20,000 nt of DNA from an uncultured virus (IMG/VR IMGVR_UViG_3300031772_000017) (Duplodnaviria > Heunggongvirae > Uroviricota > Caudoviricetes). The position numbers and the translations under genes were made by a program. A model generated the notes under the pieces. That model had not been told where the DNA came from, ran no database searches, and worked only from the letters and a program-made list of their open reading frames with translations. Below are positions 5,822 through 14,985 of the stretch, in pieces. Location of the stretch: IMG/VR virus record IMGVR_UViG_3300031772_000017; one strand, written 5' to 3'. The stretch's first letter is position 1, and each line of letters opens with the position of its first letter.

Positions 5822-7525
5822 TTATCCGATCCGTGAAAAGTTTTGTTGCCTGCTAAATCTGACCACGTTTTGGAACTTATCCTGCAATAGGTCTCCGCGG
5901 TGACTAATGACAAATACGTTTGTTGCTTCCAAATTATGCAGGATTTTCATGAGTTCTTCTGTTCCGGTATTGTCTAGACTGGAATCGAAAATCTCATCCA
6001 GAATCAATAGATTCGTTGCCGCTGAATTCTTCAATTTCGCTACGGCTCTCCATGTGAGAACGAGTGCCATATCTATGCGTTGTTTTTCTCCTTCAGAGAA
6101 CGAGTGATACGTGAATTCGTCACGATGTCGAGACTTGATCGTTTCCTTAAACGTCTCATCCAAATTGAAGTTGACGAAAAAATCCATTCCCGCTAAGTAT
6201 TTATTCACTAACGTATTGATGATAGGAAGATATTGACGAATAATCTTCGTTTTGATCCCCGTATCCTTCAATAAAGTACCCGCAGCTTCATGATACGCTG
6301 CTGTTTCGAGCAAGTCTTTTTTATCCTGCTCCAACCTCGTCAGTTCAAGTTTGTACTCCTCAAGTCGTGACTGATTCACAAGAGGCGTCGTATGTGTGCT
6401 GAGTGCATGGAGTCGCGTATTAGATTTTGCATTGAACTTCTCAATTTCTCGGATGGACGTTTCGGCTGTTGCGATGTGTCTTTCATTATCTGAAATTAAC
6501 GCTTCGATTTTGAAGAATGCTGATAATTGTGTTTGAGCCGACATGACCTTCTCGTTGAGTTGCCCCAATCCTGTTGTGCATTCGTCGATCTTGTTGTTGA
6601 GGTCTTCATACTGAGACTGCTTAAAGATTTTATCAATGACTTGACCACACGTTGGGCACTTTGTTTCTGTTGCGTAGAAGTTCGCGGTTTTATGATGCCT
6701 CGTGATCGCATTTTCAATCTGTGACTCTAGCTGTGTCAGCTTTTTCAGTGCATTGGTTATTTTCGCTTTGTCCTTGATTTGGACAATAAGTTCTTGTGAA
6801 TCCGAACGATGGATAGCGATTTCCTCATTGAGTCGTGCGACTTCGAGATTATTATGAAGCTTCTCTTGCTCGATAGACCTGATCTGAGCATTCACGTCTT
6901 GCTGTGCTTCTATGATGTAACGTTCCTGCATAGAAATTTTTTCGAGTTCCGCGACGATTGCAGCTTTGTTTAACAAGCGAGCATTTAGATTTTCCGACAT
7001 CCACGTTTTAAGGAGTTTGTTCATGCGGGAAAAAATTTGAATATCGAGCAAGTCCTCAATGACTTCACGCCTATCGCTCGCTTTGAGTTGCATGAATGGA
7101 GTGAAACCCGCTGTTCCAAGAATGACGATCTGTGTAAAACTTTTGTAGTTCAGCTTGAGAATTGTTTGCTCAAGGTCGCCCTGATAATCCACAGACGCCG
7201 TTTGATCTTTGAGAACCCCATCCCGGTAGATTTCAAACACGTCTGGTTTGATCCCTCGGACCACTTTATATTCATGGTTATCCGCACGGAATTCCACTTC
7301 AACAAGCGTATCCTTCGTGTTGATGGAATTGACGAGTGCTCCCTTGTTAATGTCCCTGAAAGGAGTATTGTACAGACTGAAACAGAGAGCATCCAGTAAT
7401 GTTGACTTACCTGATCCATTTTGTCCAACAACGAGGGTATTCTGTGTCTTGTTGAGATTTACTTCCGTCCAGTAATTCCCTGTACTTAGAAAATTCCGCC
7501 ATCGCAAAGACTTGAAATGTAACAT
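5822..7525 (-). CDS. gp46: T4-like gp46 recombination endonuclease ATPase subunit (Rad50/SbcC-like)
   Basis: NFLSTGN, Walker A GQNGSGKS, coiled coil with CPTC zinc hook, signature FSEGE, Walker B LLILDE, ISH switch. Confidence 0.97.
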   Translation of the reverse strand: MLHFKSLRWRNFLSTGNYWTEVNLNKTQNTLVVGQNGSGKSTLLDALCFSLYNTPFRDINKGALVNSINTKDTLVEVEFRADNHEYKVVRGIKPDVFEIYRDGVLKDQTASVDYQGDLEQTILKLNYKSFTQIVILGTAGFTPFMQLKASDRREVIEDLLDIQIFSRMNKLLKTWMSENLNARLLNKAAIVAELEKISMQERYIIEAQQDVNAQIRSIEQEKLHNNLEVARLNEEIAIHRSDSQELIVQIKDKAKITNALKKLTQLESQIENAITRHHKTANFYATETKCPTCGQVIDKIFKQSQYEDLNNKIDECTTGLGQLNEKVMSAQTQLSAFFKIEALISDNERHIATAETSIREIEKFNAKSNTRLHALSTHTTPLVNQSRLEEYKLELTRLEQDKKDLLETAAYHEAAGTLLKDTGIKTKIIRQYLPIINTLVNKYLAGMDFFVNFNLDETFKETIKSRHRDEFTYHSFSEGEKQRIDMALVLTWRAVAKLKNSAATNLLILDEIFDSSLDNTGTEELMKILHNLEATNVFVISHRGDLLQDKFQNVVRFSRQQNFSRIG

Positions 7526-7568
7526 TATTGTGTTGACTCCATTTTATGAGGGCAAACTCCCTGCGATT

Positions 7569-8324
7569 TTATAGATTTTCATTTATTCGCTTCTCTGCAA
7601 TTTTGAAATACTCAGCATCAAGTTCAATGCCGATAAAATTGCGGTTTAGATTTTTACAAGCTACTCCTGTTGTTCCAGAACCCATGCAGTTATCAAGAAC
7701 TAAATCACCTTCATTGGTGTAGGTCTTGATAAGATATTCAAACAGGGCTACTGGTTTTTGGGTGGGGTGGAGTTTCTCTGCGTCTTCTTTTATATCCGTT
7801 AGTGTTTGTTTTGGGTACCCCGTAAATTCTTGTATGTATTCTTTTCCTTCTGTTCTTAAGCTACCTTTATTTTTACTATCATCTATACTCATTCTTAAAC
7901 TTTCACCCCCACGATTTTTACTATTTTTACACTTCTTGTCTATTCTAATTAAATCTTGTGGAAAGTAATTTGTTCGTTCTTTTGAGAAAACTAAAATATC
8001 TTCATAATTTCTAAGGGGTTGTTTTTTTGCATTTGCAAATCCTGTGATTCCATTTTTTACCCACACCCACTCATACTTAAACATCTTGATATTACTCATA
8101 ACCAAAGCACTGGTAAAAGGTTGGCTCGCTGTTAGGACTATCGCTCCGTTGTCTTTTATAATTCTTTTATATTGCTCCCACAACGGCTCAAAGGGGATTA
8201 TTGTATCCCATTTGCAAGCAGTAGTCCCATAGGGCAAATCACAAAGTATCATGTCAATACTCTTATCAGGAATATCTTTCGTCTTCTCCAAGCAATCTCC
8301 TTGTATTAGTTTAATGTTTGTCAT
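7569..8324 (-). CDS. DNA N4-cytosine/N6-adenine methyltransferase (beta class)
   Basis: GDCLE, motif IV DLPY (DPPY variant) N-terminal, HPTQKP, motif I DNCMGSGTTG C-terminal. Confidence 0.93.
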   Translation of the reverse strand: MTNIKLIQGDCLEKTKDIPDKSIDMILCDLPYGTTACKWDTIIPFEPLWEQYKRIIKDNGAIVLTASQPFTSALVMSNIKMFKYEWVWVKNGITGFANAKKQPLRNYEDILVFSKERTNYFPQDLIRIDKKCKNSKNRGGESLRMSIDDSKNKGSLRTEGKEYIQEFTGYPKQTLTDIKEDAEKLHPTQKPVALFEYLIKTYTNEGDLVLDNCMGSGTTGVACKNLNRNFIGIELDAEYFKIAEKRINENL

Positions 8325-9400
8325 TGAGCATCAACCTTATCATTTACAGCTTCCACATAGAGTTGCTGTAGGATATTCTTCAGACATTCGGGTTTCACGG
8401 ACCCCGGCATCACCATTCCATCGACACACTTGCGAATGATCGTGATAGTGTCCTCGGCTTGATCTACGACCCCCTGTGTTGTATCTAGGGCTGCTTCTGT
8501 ATAGTCCTCCACCACAGTTACGTCAATCGGACTTGCTTTATAGAGAAAGTCCATGACGGTATCGAACAGGTAGGGGTTCTGCTTGCGTAACACAACAACT
8601 TTAACGAAACTCTTACTGTACTTACTGAAGTCGTGATGCTTCCAGAATTCAAAGTTCTGGGTTGAGTCGTCATAGACGAACTTGTGGAACAATCGGAATG
8701 GATTCAGCACAAATGTCAATTCACGGGTCTCCGTGTCGAACACATGGAAGCCGCGAGGATCATTGTAATCCACCCAAGTGATTTCCACTTGATTGCCGAG
8801 ATAGTAGATCAATCCATTATCGCTCTTGTGGTGGAAGTGTCCTGAGAGAACCATATCAAAGCGATTGAATATTTCCTTGTGCATTCCATCGAAACACACA
8901 TTCCCCTGATCCATCTCAAATCCTCTGATTTCCAAGTGACCAAAGATAACCGGTGCGTCTGTCGTGCGGAGAAAGTTCAGGGACTCTTCCATGTTTCCTG
9001 AGTTCATCCAGGGCACCATGGCGACTTTCAAACTATCGAAGTAGACATTCTCTACACCCGTATAAATTGCGATATTAGGGTAGCCTCCACACAATTCACC
9101 CAGAGCATTGACTTCGTTCGTATTTCGATAGTAACAGTCGTGGTTCCCTGTCAGCATATGCACGTCGATGTTGTGACTGAGGAGTACATCGAAGAAGTTC
9201 TTGCGCCAGGAATTCCATGTTGCATAGTTGATGAACTTGCGACGATCCACCACGTCACCTAGATGCACCACAGTCTTGATCGAATGCGTCTCAAGGTACG
9301 GGAAGAATATCTCCCGATAGAACTTATGGAAGTACTCATTCACGTTTGGATCATCACCGCGAGCCCCAAAATGACTGTCGGAAATTAAGGCCACTAGCAT
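8321..9400 (-). CDS. gp47: T4-like gp47 recombination endonuclease nuclease subunit (Mre11/SbcD-like)
   Basis: Metallophosphoesterase motifs SDSHFG, HLGDVVDRRK, GNHD, GHLE, SGHFH. GGAGG RBS. Syntenic with gp55 and gp46. Confidence 0.96.
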   Translation of the reverse strand: MLVALISDSHFGARGDDPNVNEYFHKFYREIFFPYLETHSIKTVVHLGDVVDRRKFINYATWNSWRKNFFDVLLSHNIDVHMLTGNHDCYYRNTNEVNALGELCGGYPNIAIYTGVENVYFDSLKVAMVPWMNSGNMEESLNFLRTTDAPVIFGHLEIRGFEMDQGNVCFDGMHKEIFNRFDMVLSGHFHHKSDNGLIYYLGNQVEITWVDYNDPRGFHVFDTETRELTFVLNPFRLFHKFVYDDSTQNFEFWKHHDFSKYSKSFVKVVVLRKQNPYLFDTVMDFLYKASPIDVTVVEDYTEAALDTTQGVVDQAEDTITIIRKCVDGMVMPGSVKPECLKNILQQLYVEAVNDKVDAQ

Positions 9401-9461
9401 GTATAATCCTCCAAAATTGCCGCCAGTCGATTGGTGCGAGACTGAGATGGAAACTGGTTCA

Positions 9462-10007
9462 CTACAAGTCTCCTATAAATCTGAGTGTTCCGTAAGTGCT
9501 GCTCATTTTCACTTTCACTTTCTTACGGCTCTTAGCTTCCCGCTTTGCCTCGAATGTGTGGATGAAGTCTGAGATATTCTCATATACCTGAAATGGGCGC
9601 ACCTCGTCAGTTTCGTGCATATTGGAATGTTGGAGGAGTCCTAGTTGCTCAGTAGCTTTGTACTTCACGTAGAGTTGTGTTTTTTCGCGGCTGATTCGTC
9701 GGAGAAATGCCCAGTAGATGATCTTAGTAAAGTAACCGAATGGATTTCTAGAAATACTGGGATTAAAGTTATGAACATACTGAATGCAATTCTCCACCGC
9801 ATCCGAGATCATATCCTCTCTGAATGTATAGGACGAGAAGTTCGCTTTACGACTCAGGTGTTCGGCTATCTTGAAGAAGCACAACCCAATATAATCACTC
9901 AAACAGGGGGGTGTTCGCTTTTCCTTTTTTGCCTTTGTGATTTCTTTACGGTGTTTAATGAGTGCATTTAGAAGGTCGGAATTATTGACGTAATGTGTTG
10001 ATGACAT
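9462..10007 (-). CDS. gp55: T4-like gp55 late-transcription sigma factor
   Basis: HYVNN.DLL.AL, YIG.CF.KIAEHLS.K.NFSSYTFREDMISDAVENC, NPFGYFT.I...AFLRRI..EK.Q. Confidence 0.95.
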   Translation of the reverse strand: MSSTHYVNNSDLLNALIKHRKEITKAKKEKRTPPCLSDYIGLCFFKIAEHLSRKANFSSYTFREDMISDAVENCIQYVHNFNPSISRNPFGYFTKIIYWAFLRRISREKTQLYVKYKATEQLGLLQHSNMHETDEVRPFQVYENISDFIHTFEAKREAKSRKKVKVKMSSTYGTLRFIGDL

Positions 10008-10015
10008 AATCTCCT

Positions 10016-10516
10016 TTAATGTGCAGTATTCGAATTTCCCCAGTTTTCATTGGTTTCAAAAAACTGAATAATTGAATCCGACACGTTATCCTTAGTTGAG
10101 GTTTTATTCTTCAGTTGTTCTTCTTTGAAGGATTTGTAGTTGCGCTCCTCTATTTTCTCAATATATCTAAGACGTTCTCGAAAATCACTTCCAAAGGTCT
10201 TTAGATTGTCTATTTCTATGTCGGCCCACGTCATATATAGTTTCACACATTCAGGAGAGGCATTAAGAAAGCCGGAAATTTCACACTCCTTGATAGAGGT
10301 TCGAGTATCTGAAAGGAGTTCGAAGGGCACCCATGGTACTAATCTCATCATGACAGTCCTCGTGGGTCCTCGTTCCACTACGATGTGAGCGGGGGTAACA
10401 AAGGACACTGGGTCTTCCGCGTTTTTCCCCATCTGAAGCTCTGTGATAATAAGTTCCCCTGTTCTCATGCGGATCATTTTAATTATTCTGAACGTCTCAC
10501 TCTTTGTTTCATCCAT
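10016..10516 (-). CDS. Hypothetical protein (uvsW-gp55 interval; N-terminal beta-rich IKMIRMRTGELII...LVPWVPF)
   Basis: 166-aa ORF overlapping the uvsW stop. Position and N-terminal pattern resemble hypothetical genes found here in marine T4-like phages. Confidence 0.75.
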   Translation of the reverse strand: MDETKSETFRIIKMIRMRTGELIITELQMGKNAEDPVSFVTPAHIVVERGPTRTVMMRLVPWVPFELLSDTRTSIKECEISGFLNASPECVKLYMTWADIEIDNLKTFGSDFRERLRYIEKIEERNYKSFKEEQLKNKTSTKDNVSDSIIQFFETNENWGNSNTAH

Positions 10517-11978
10517 GTGACCCCAATTCTATTATGTATTGTTTGAAATTGTATTTTTCAGAGTTATACAATGTAGCGCGGAACTTGAAATGTTGGAGGA
10601 GTAAATTTTCGTGTTTTCCAATTCGCAAATCATCGACAATATCAAACAATGTTACGTGTGTTTTTCCCTCTGCATTCCTCAGACCCCGTCCGATGGATTG
10701 TAAGTTTCGAATACGTGACTTCGAGGGGGACGCAAAGATGATGTTATGGAGATTTCTGATGTTGATACCCGTGCTGAATGTACCATATGACGCTACAACA
10801 ATCGCGTTTGTACTTCCCTCGGTAATCTTTCGGACTTCTTCACGTTCTAATGCCTCAACTCCCCCATGCACAAAAAATACAGGTCTTCCCTCAGTCACAT
10901 GGTCACGAATATCCTCGAACATCGGTTTTCCGTGGCTTTCGACAAGCTTAAACAGGATGAGAGTGTTGCCAACCAATGATAGTGCAAGATTCCGAACGAA
11001 CATATTCCGTGGTGCATACTTCACGGCAAAGTCATACTCTTCTTTATAGTCGTCCTTCTTGTGCTCTCTGCAAACTTCTTCGGGGTATTTCAATATCAAA
11101 CAATTGATCTTGAGTTCTGCAAGCTTCCTCTCATCCATTAGACCTTTTGTTGTCGCTGCAACGTATTTTGGTCCAAAGTGTCCCTCAATCACTAATTGGT
11201 GTGTTTTTGTCCCATCCAGCGTTCCCGTTGTTCCAATTCGAACATCCGCGTTAATGAGATTTGACATAATACCATTCAGTGATTTTGCTTTGAATCCGTG
11301 TGCTTCATCCCCAATTACAAAGTCAAATTGGTGCATGTAGTCACTGGGTTGGAGATGGAGAGATTGCCAGGTCGAAATCGTGAGGAAGTTACTGGTTTTC
11401 TTGTCTTTTCCTTCATACAGTCGGTGTACAAATTTGTCCGAATCCCAACCATAGTCTTTGAAGTCTCCGAACAACTGCTCTACCAGTCCTGTGTTAGGAA
11501 CAATGATGAGTCCCCGCTTATGACTGAGTTGTAGAAATCGAACAATGAGATACATGAGGAGAGATTTACCGGATGCTGTTGGACTGACAACAAGAATACG
11601 ACGTTTGCGAATGCTCTTGGCGAACGCTTCAATCTGATGATCGTATGGGATATGAGGTAGTTTGAGTGAGTCGGCGAACTTCTTAGCTTCAGCAATCGAG
11701 AAGTTGGTGGTTAAGCGAACGGCATCATCGATAGAAAGAGTGTATTGACGATCCGCTGCAAATTGTTCGAGATAATCGACAATACCAAAAGGGAGAGTAC
11801 GAGTCCGAAGATTAGCAAGATATATTTTTCCATCCCACATACCACTTTTGAAAAGGGGCATGAACTGATGTCCTGGGACAAAAAACGCAAAATACTCGGA
11901 CAACTCCTGTGCAATACCATCACTGCAAGAGAAAAAAAGAAATGCTTCATTTTTTTTGCTTATCAGTATATCAGGCAT
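10509..11978 (-). CDS. uvsW: UvsW DNA helicase (SF2)
   Basis: WDGKIYL, Walker A SPTASGKS, DEAH box, GTTGT, TFSTGINI, QSIGRGLR. Start moved to ATG 11978, just after the uvsY stop. Confidence 0.97.
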   Translation of the reverse strand: MPDILISKKNEAFLFFSCSDGIAQELSEYFAFFVPGHQFMPLFKSGMWDGKIYLANLRTRTLPFGIVDYLEQFAADRQYTLSIDDAVRLTTNFSIAEAKKFADSLKLPHIPYDHQIEAFAKSIRKRRILVVSPTASGKSLLMYLIVRFLQLSHKRGLIIVPNTGLVEQLFGDFKDYGWDSDKFVHRLYEGKDKKTSNFLTISTWQSLHLQPSDYMHQFDFVIGDEAHGFKAKSLNGIMSNLINADVRIGTTGTLDGTKTHQLVIEGHFGPKYVAATTKGLMDERKLAELKINCLILKYPEEVCREHKKDDYKEEYDFAVKYAPRNMFVRNLALSLVGNTLILFKLVESHGKPMFEDIRDHVTEGRPVFFVHGGVEALEREEVRKITEGSTNAIVVASYGTFSTGINIRNLHNIIFASPSKSRIRNLQSIGRGLRNAEGKTHVTLFDIVDDLRIGKHENLLLQHFKFRATLYNSEKYNFKQYIIELGSHG

Positions 11979-11979
11979 G

Positions 11980-12444
11980 TTAGTGTACACCTGAGATGAA
12001 TTTTTCCCACCCACAAATCTCTTTCATCTGCCAGGTGCGATTATTCAATTCCTTCATAATAGATTCACAGACGGAGATGATTTCTTCATGGTTCGCTAGG
12101 ACTGCTTTAGCATTCAATAACTCTGTGTCACTCTCCATGTACGTGGTGAGATCACCCGTTTTGAGAGTATAGGGGAAGGGTTCCCATTTATACTTTTCGA
12201 GCGTCGGAGAGTCGAGCCGACCCATGTAATATTCGTACTTCAATCGTCGAAACTTGATGGCTTTTCGCTCATTTTCCTTGAGGGCGCGTCGATGAGTCGA
12301 GAGGATATTGAGATATTTCGAATGAAGGAGACCGATCTTTCTTACATCATCAGCAGGAGATGTTCTGTCGATCTGGACATCCTTCTTCCATTCCTCAAGG
12401 AGTGCTTCCACTTGTGATGTTGGAGAAACATTGGTGTTGTTCAT
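11980..12444 (-). CDS. uvsY: UvsY recombination mediator protein
   Basis: WKKD.QID...LHSKYL...KYEYYMG...IMKELNNRTWQMK...WEKF.SG. Lies between gp3 and uvsW. Start placed at ATG 12444, downstream of the promoter. Confidence 0.92.
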   Translation of the reverse strand: MNNTNVSPTSQVEALLEEWKKDVQIDRTSPADDVRKIGLLHSKYLNILSTHRRALKENERKAIKFRRLKYEYYMGRLDSPTLEKYKWEPFPYTLKTGDLTTYMESDTELLNAKAVLANHEEIISVCESIMKELNNRTWQMKEICGWEKFISGVH

Positions 12445-12451
12445 TTGAGAC

Positions 12452-12480
12452 ATTATAACATACTGAAAACTAAGAGTCAA
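12452..12480 (-). promoter_or_regulatory. Sigma70-type promoter with extended -10, upstream of uvsY
   Basis: TTGACT (12480-12475), 17-nt spacer ending in TGT, TATAAT (12457-12452). Confidence 0.8.
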
Positions 12481-13014
12481 TCACAAAATCTCTATTTCGT
12501 AGAGATCAAAGCGAAATGTCGCATCTGCTGTTATTGGTTCTTCTGGAGCGGAAGTGGACGATAATAGGATGTCGGTAAGTGAAGTAGGAAAGCAGTTTTG
12601 AAGTTTGATACGAATATGCGGGTTTTGTTTTGAATCGAGTATCAGTAATGTTGCATCGGAGTATTGGGGAAGTGTGGCATGAAACACACCCGGGCGGTTG
12701 GGAAGTTTTCCGTATTCAGAGAAATCCTTTGGAAATGTCAAATCTCGTAGCCACTGATAAATTTCCATCCACCCCCTTAAGTCCTCATCAACGATAAATG
12801 TGATTGAGAGGGGATTGATTTGCAACTTCTCTCCAGGAACGAATAGATCAATAAAGGGGGTTGAACGTAGCACTTCTCCACCCGAGAGCCCAGGTACATT
12901 GACAGAAAGCGCCCAGTATTCTATTGTCGGAAGTGCTGTAAATGACAATATGAATTTGTTCGGGTGCATCCCATTGGGATTTGCTGGGGTGTGTGGAACT
13001 CCTGGAATGGACAT
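12481..13014 (-). CDS. gp3: T4-like gp3 tail completion / sheath stabilizer (tail tube terminator)
   Basis: F.L....LP.IEY....VNVPG.S.G...PG.KL...PL.ITFIVDEDL..W.EIY.W...YSDATLLILDS...FPTSL pattern. gp23-gp3-uvsY-uvsW synteny. Confidence 0.88.
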   Translation of the reverse strand: MSIPGVPHTPANPNGMHPNKFILSFTALPTIEYWALSVNVPGLSGGEVLRSTPFIDLFVPGEKLQINPLSITFIVDEDLRGWMEIYQWLRDLTFPKDFSEYGKLPNRPGVFHATLPQYSDATLLILDSKQNPHIRIKLQNCFPTSLTDILLSSTSAPEEPITADATFRFDLYEIEIL

Positions 13015-13015
13015 A

Positions 13016-13495
13016 CTATGCTTGATCCTTTGTTGAGTTCGATTCCGCGTCCTCCACCTCTACTGGTCCTTCGTCGATCCACCCCATCACCCCTTTATCC
13101 TTGATAAAAAGGGAGAATGATTCTGCTTTTTTCGGGGTTTTTCCATATTCAATATAAAGCTCAAGTGAGATAATGGATGAATCACCGTGGACGTTTTTGA
13201 TATGATCCGCACTCATTATACCAACTTGCAGGGGGGTTGCTTTGGGGAACCTTTCTCTGGCGAAAGTTTTCGCAATATCCTCAATCTCTAATCTAGTGAT
13301 CTGGGCGGGGTGAGTTTCCCTACATTCAATTCCAAAGGTCTTGTCTCCTGGGTATGATTTTGACATATCTCCAGATATTCTTTCTTTTTCTATTACACAC
13401 TCTTCCTTTGAATCAAATGTGTTGAGTAGTGTGGTGGAACTGATTCCTGATACTGGTGTCAGTATAATCATAAGCAGTACCCATACAGAAGTCAT
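13016..13495 (-). CDS. Hypothetical exported or membrane-anchored protein
   Basis: Hydrophobic N-terminus (VWVLLMIILTPVSG), then FDSKEEC...EC cysteine pair. GGGAGG RBS and its own promoter. Confidence 0.7.
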   Translation of the reverse strand: MTSVWVLLMIILTPVSGISSTTLLNTFDSKEECVIEKERISGDMSKSYPGDKTFGIECRETHPAQITRLEIEDIAKTFARERFPKATPLQVGIMSADHIKNVHGDSSIISLELYIEYGKTPKKAESFSLFIKDKGVMGWIDEGPVEVEDAESNSTKDQA

Positions 13496-13519
13496 AAAAC
13501 CTCCCGTTAAATAAGTTCG

Positions 13520-13548
13520 AGCATATCACTATTTAGGAGTGTTGTCAA
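13520..13548 (-). promoter_or_regulatory. Sigma70-type promoter with a nested late-promoter-like CTAAATA
   Basis: TTGACA (13548-13543), 17 nt, TATGCT (13525-13520). The spacer contains CTAAATA (13536-13530), close to the gp55 consensus TATAAATA. Confidence 0.65.
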
Positions 13549-13550
13549 GG

Positions 13551-13582
13551 GAAAAGAAAAGGGGACCCCTTTCGGAGTCCCC
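13551..13582 (-). terminator. Rho-independent terminator after gp23
   Basis: Minus strand GGGGACTCC-GAAA-GGGGTCCCC (9-bp stem with one G-U pair, GNRA loop) followed by TTTTCTTTTC. Confidence 0.92.
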
Positions 13583-13613
13583 TCAACTTTGAAACACTCT
13601 ACTGCTGGCTCAA

Positions 13614-14954
13614 TTACGCAATGTTTGCGACTTTGAGTGCGCGGTAGTACATGTTCGCTCGGACGGTCAAGGCTCCCGATCCCTGCACGGTTCCTTCTGC
13701 GAATGGGTTCGCAACGAGTCCGTAACGAGTCTTGAATCCGATCTTTGGTTGGAACGTCGCGGTGTCGATTGCACGGACCATCTGCAATGGAACGTATGGG
13801 CAGTAGAAGATTCCTGCGTCAAACGCATTAGAACCCTTATACCCGACAACTGCGAATTCCGTAGACTGGGAGGCTGGGAAGTAAGGATCGATGTAGACCT
13901 TGTATCTTCCCATCAGAGTTCCTGCAAACGTGTTGCCTGTGTCGTCCACACTCAATGAAATCTGATCCTTCAGTGCACCCTGATAGTCCAACACTCCTGC
14001 GAGTGCCAACGCTGAGGCTACGTCTGAAGAACAGACCACTACGTTGCCCTTGCCGCGACGTGTCTGCTTAGCAATGACGTTTGCTTCGCGTTCGATCTGG
14101 AACACAAGTCCCTTGATCTTTTCTACCATCCAACGTCCGTTTGAATCGGTGTCGAGGTCGAAAGTACCAACCTTGGTCGTGCCTACTTGACATCCGACTT
14201 TGGCGACTTGATAGATGGTGCGGATTACTTCACGGTTGATTTCTGATAGCACTTCGGCGGAGAGGATGTTGGAGAGTTCTGTCTCGGCGTCGAGTCCATG
14301 AACAGCCTTCAAATCCTGTGCCAATTCCAACGTGTACTCAGCCTTGAGGGCGCGTGTCTTTGCAGTCACGGTGACCTTTTCAATGCTGAATCCCATTTCG
14401 GAGAATGCTTGACCACTACCCAAGCCTTCTGCTGTGGAAGTGGACATTCCCTTTCCTGAGTTGACTCCGAGAGTTCCAGTTTCAAACACTGCGGCAGTGT
14501 TCGCTGTTGTAGCCAATGTCAATGCAGTTTGTGCACCGAGATCGCCTGTGAAACCGGTATTTGCTTCGTCATAGAATGCTTCGTCAGTACGTGCACCACC
14601 TGAGGAGTAATTGGAACGCATTGCGAAAATCAATCCCGTAGGACCGGTCATTGGCTGGACGCCGCAGATGTCATACGCAATCAAGTTAGGCAAGGAACGA
14701 CGAACCAAGCTGATAAGGATTGGATCGTAACCAGCCATAGGACCGGTTGCTGTTGCTGCGCCCGTGAGTCCCCCACCCGTTGCGTTCAATGCTGTTTCTG
14801 AGAGGAGAATTCCGGCTTCGGTCTTGAGCATACTTTCCTGGTTCTCCAGGACGATTGCCGTGACTGCGCGACGGTGTGGGTCGGTGATGGCAGGAAGCCC
14901 TTCAAAGTCGAGGACTGGGGTCCACTTCTTGACTAAATCTTCAGCTAAAAACAT
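13614..14954 (-). CDS. gp23: T4-like gp23 major capsid protein
   Basis: KKW.PVL, ENQE, DPILISLVRR, CGVQPMTGPTGLIFAMRS, TAKTRALKAEYT.ELAQDLKAVHGLDAE.ELSNIL, FYCPYVPL, TFQPKIGFKTRYG. Confidence 0.99.
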   Translation of the reverse strand: MFLAEDLVKKWTPVLDFEGLPAITDPHRRAVTAIVLENQESMLKTEAGILLSETALNATGGGLTGAATATGPMAGYDPILISLVRRSLPNLIAYDICGVQPMTGPTGLIFAMRSNYSSGGARTDEAFYDEANTGFTGDLGAQTALTLATTANTAAVFETGTLGVNSGKGMSTSTAEGLGSGQAFSEMGFSIEKVTVTAKTRALKAEYTLELAQDLKAVHGLDAETELSNILSAEVLSEINREVIRTIYQVAKVGCQVGTTKVGTFDLDTDSNGRWMVEKIKGLVFQIEREANVIAKQTRRGKGNVVVCSSDVASALALAGVLDYQGALKDQISLSVDDTGNTFAGTLMGRYKVYIDPYFPASQSTEFAVVGYKGSNAFDAGIFYCPYVPLQMVRAIDTATFQPKIGFKTRYGLVANPFAEGTVQGSGALTVRANMYYRALKVANIA

Positions 14955-14985
14955 AATAGTACTCCTTGTTATTTGGTATTGGTGA

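Noticed and set aside
5812..5913. Longer N-terminus of peptide deformylase in the ORF track
   Set aside because: Overlaps the gp46 C-terminus by about 90 nt. ATG 5811 has a good RBS.
9394..9462. 22-aa micro-ORF (GTG start, MNQFPSQSRTNRLAAILEDYTC) bridging gp55 and gp47
   Set aside because: It has a plausible AGGAG upstream but is too short and motif-free to support. It may be chance or simple translational coupling.
11979..12014. Upstream start of uvsW at 12014
   Set aside because: Overlaps the uvsY C-terminus. ATG 11978 immediately after the uvsY stop fits better.
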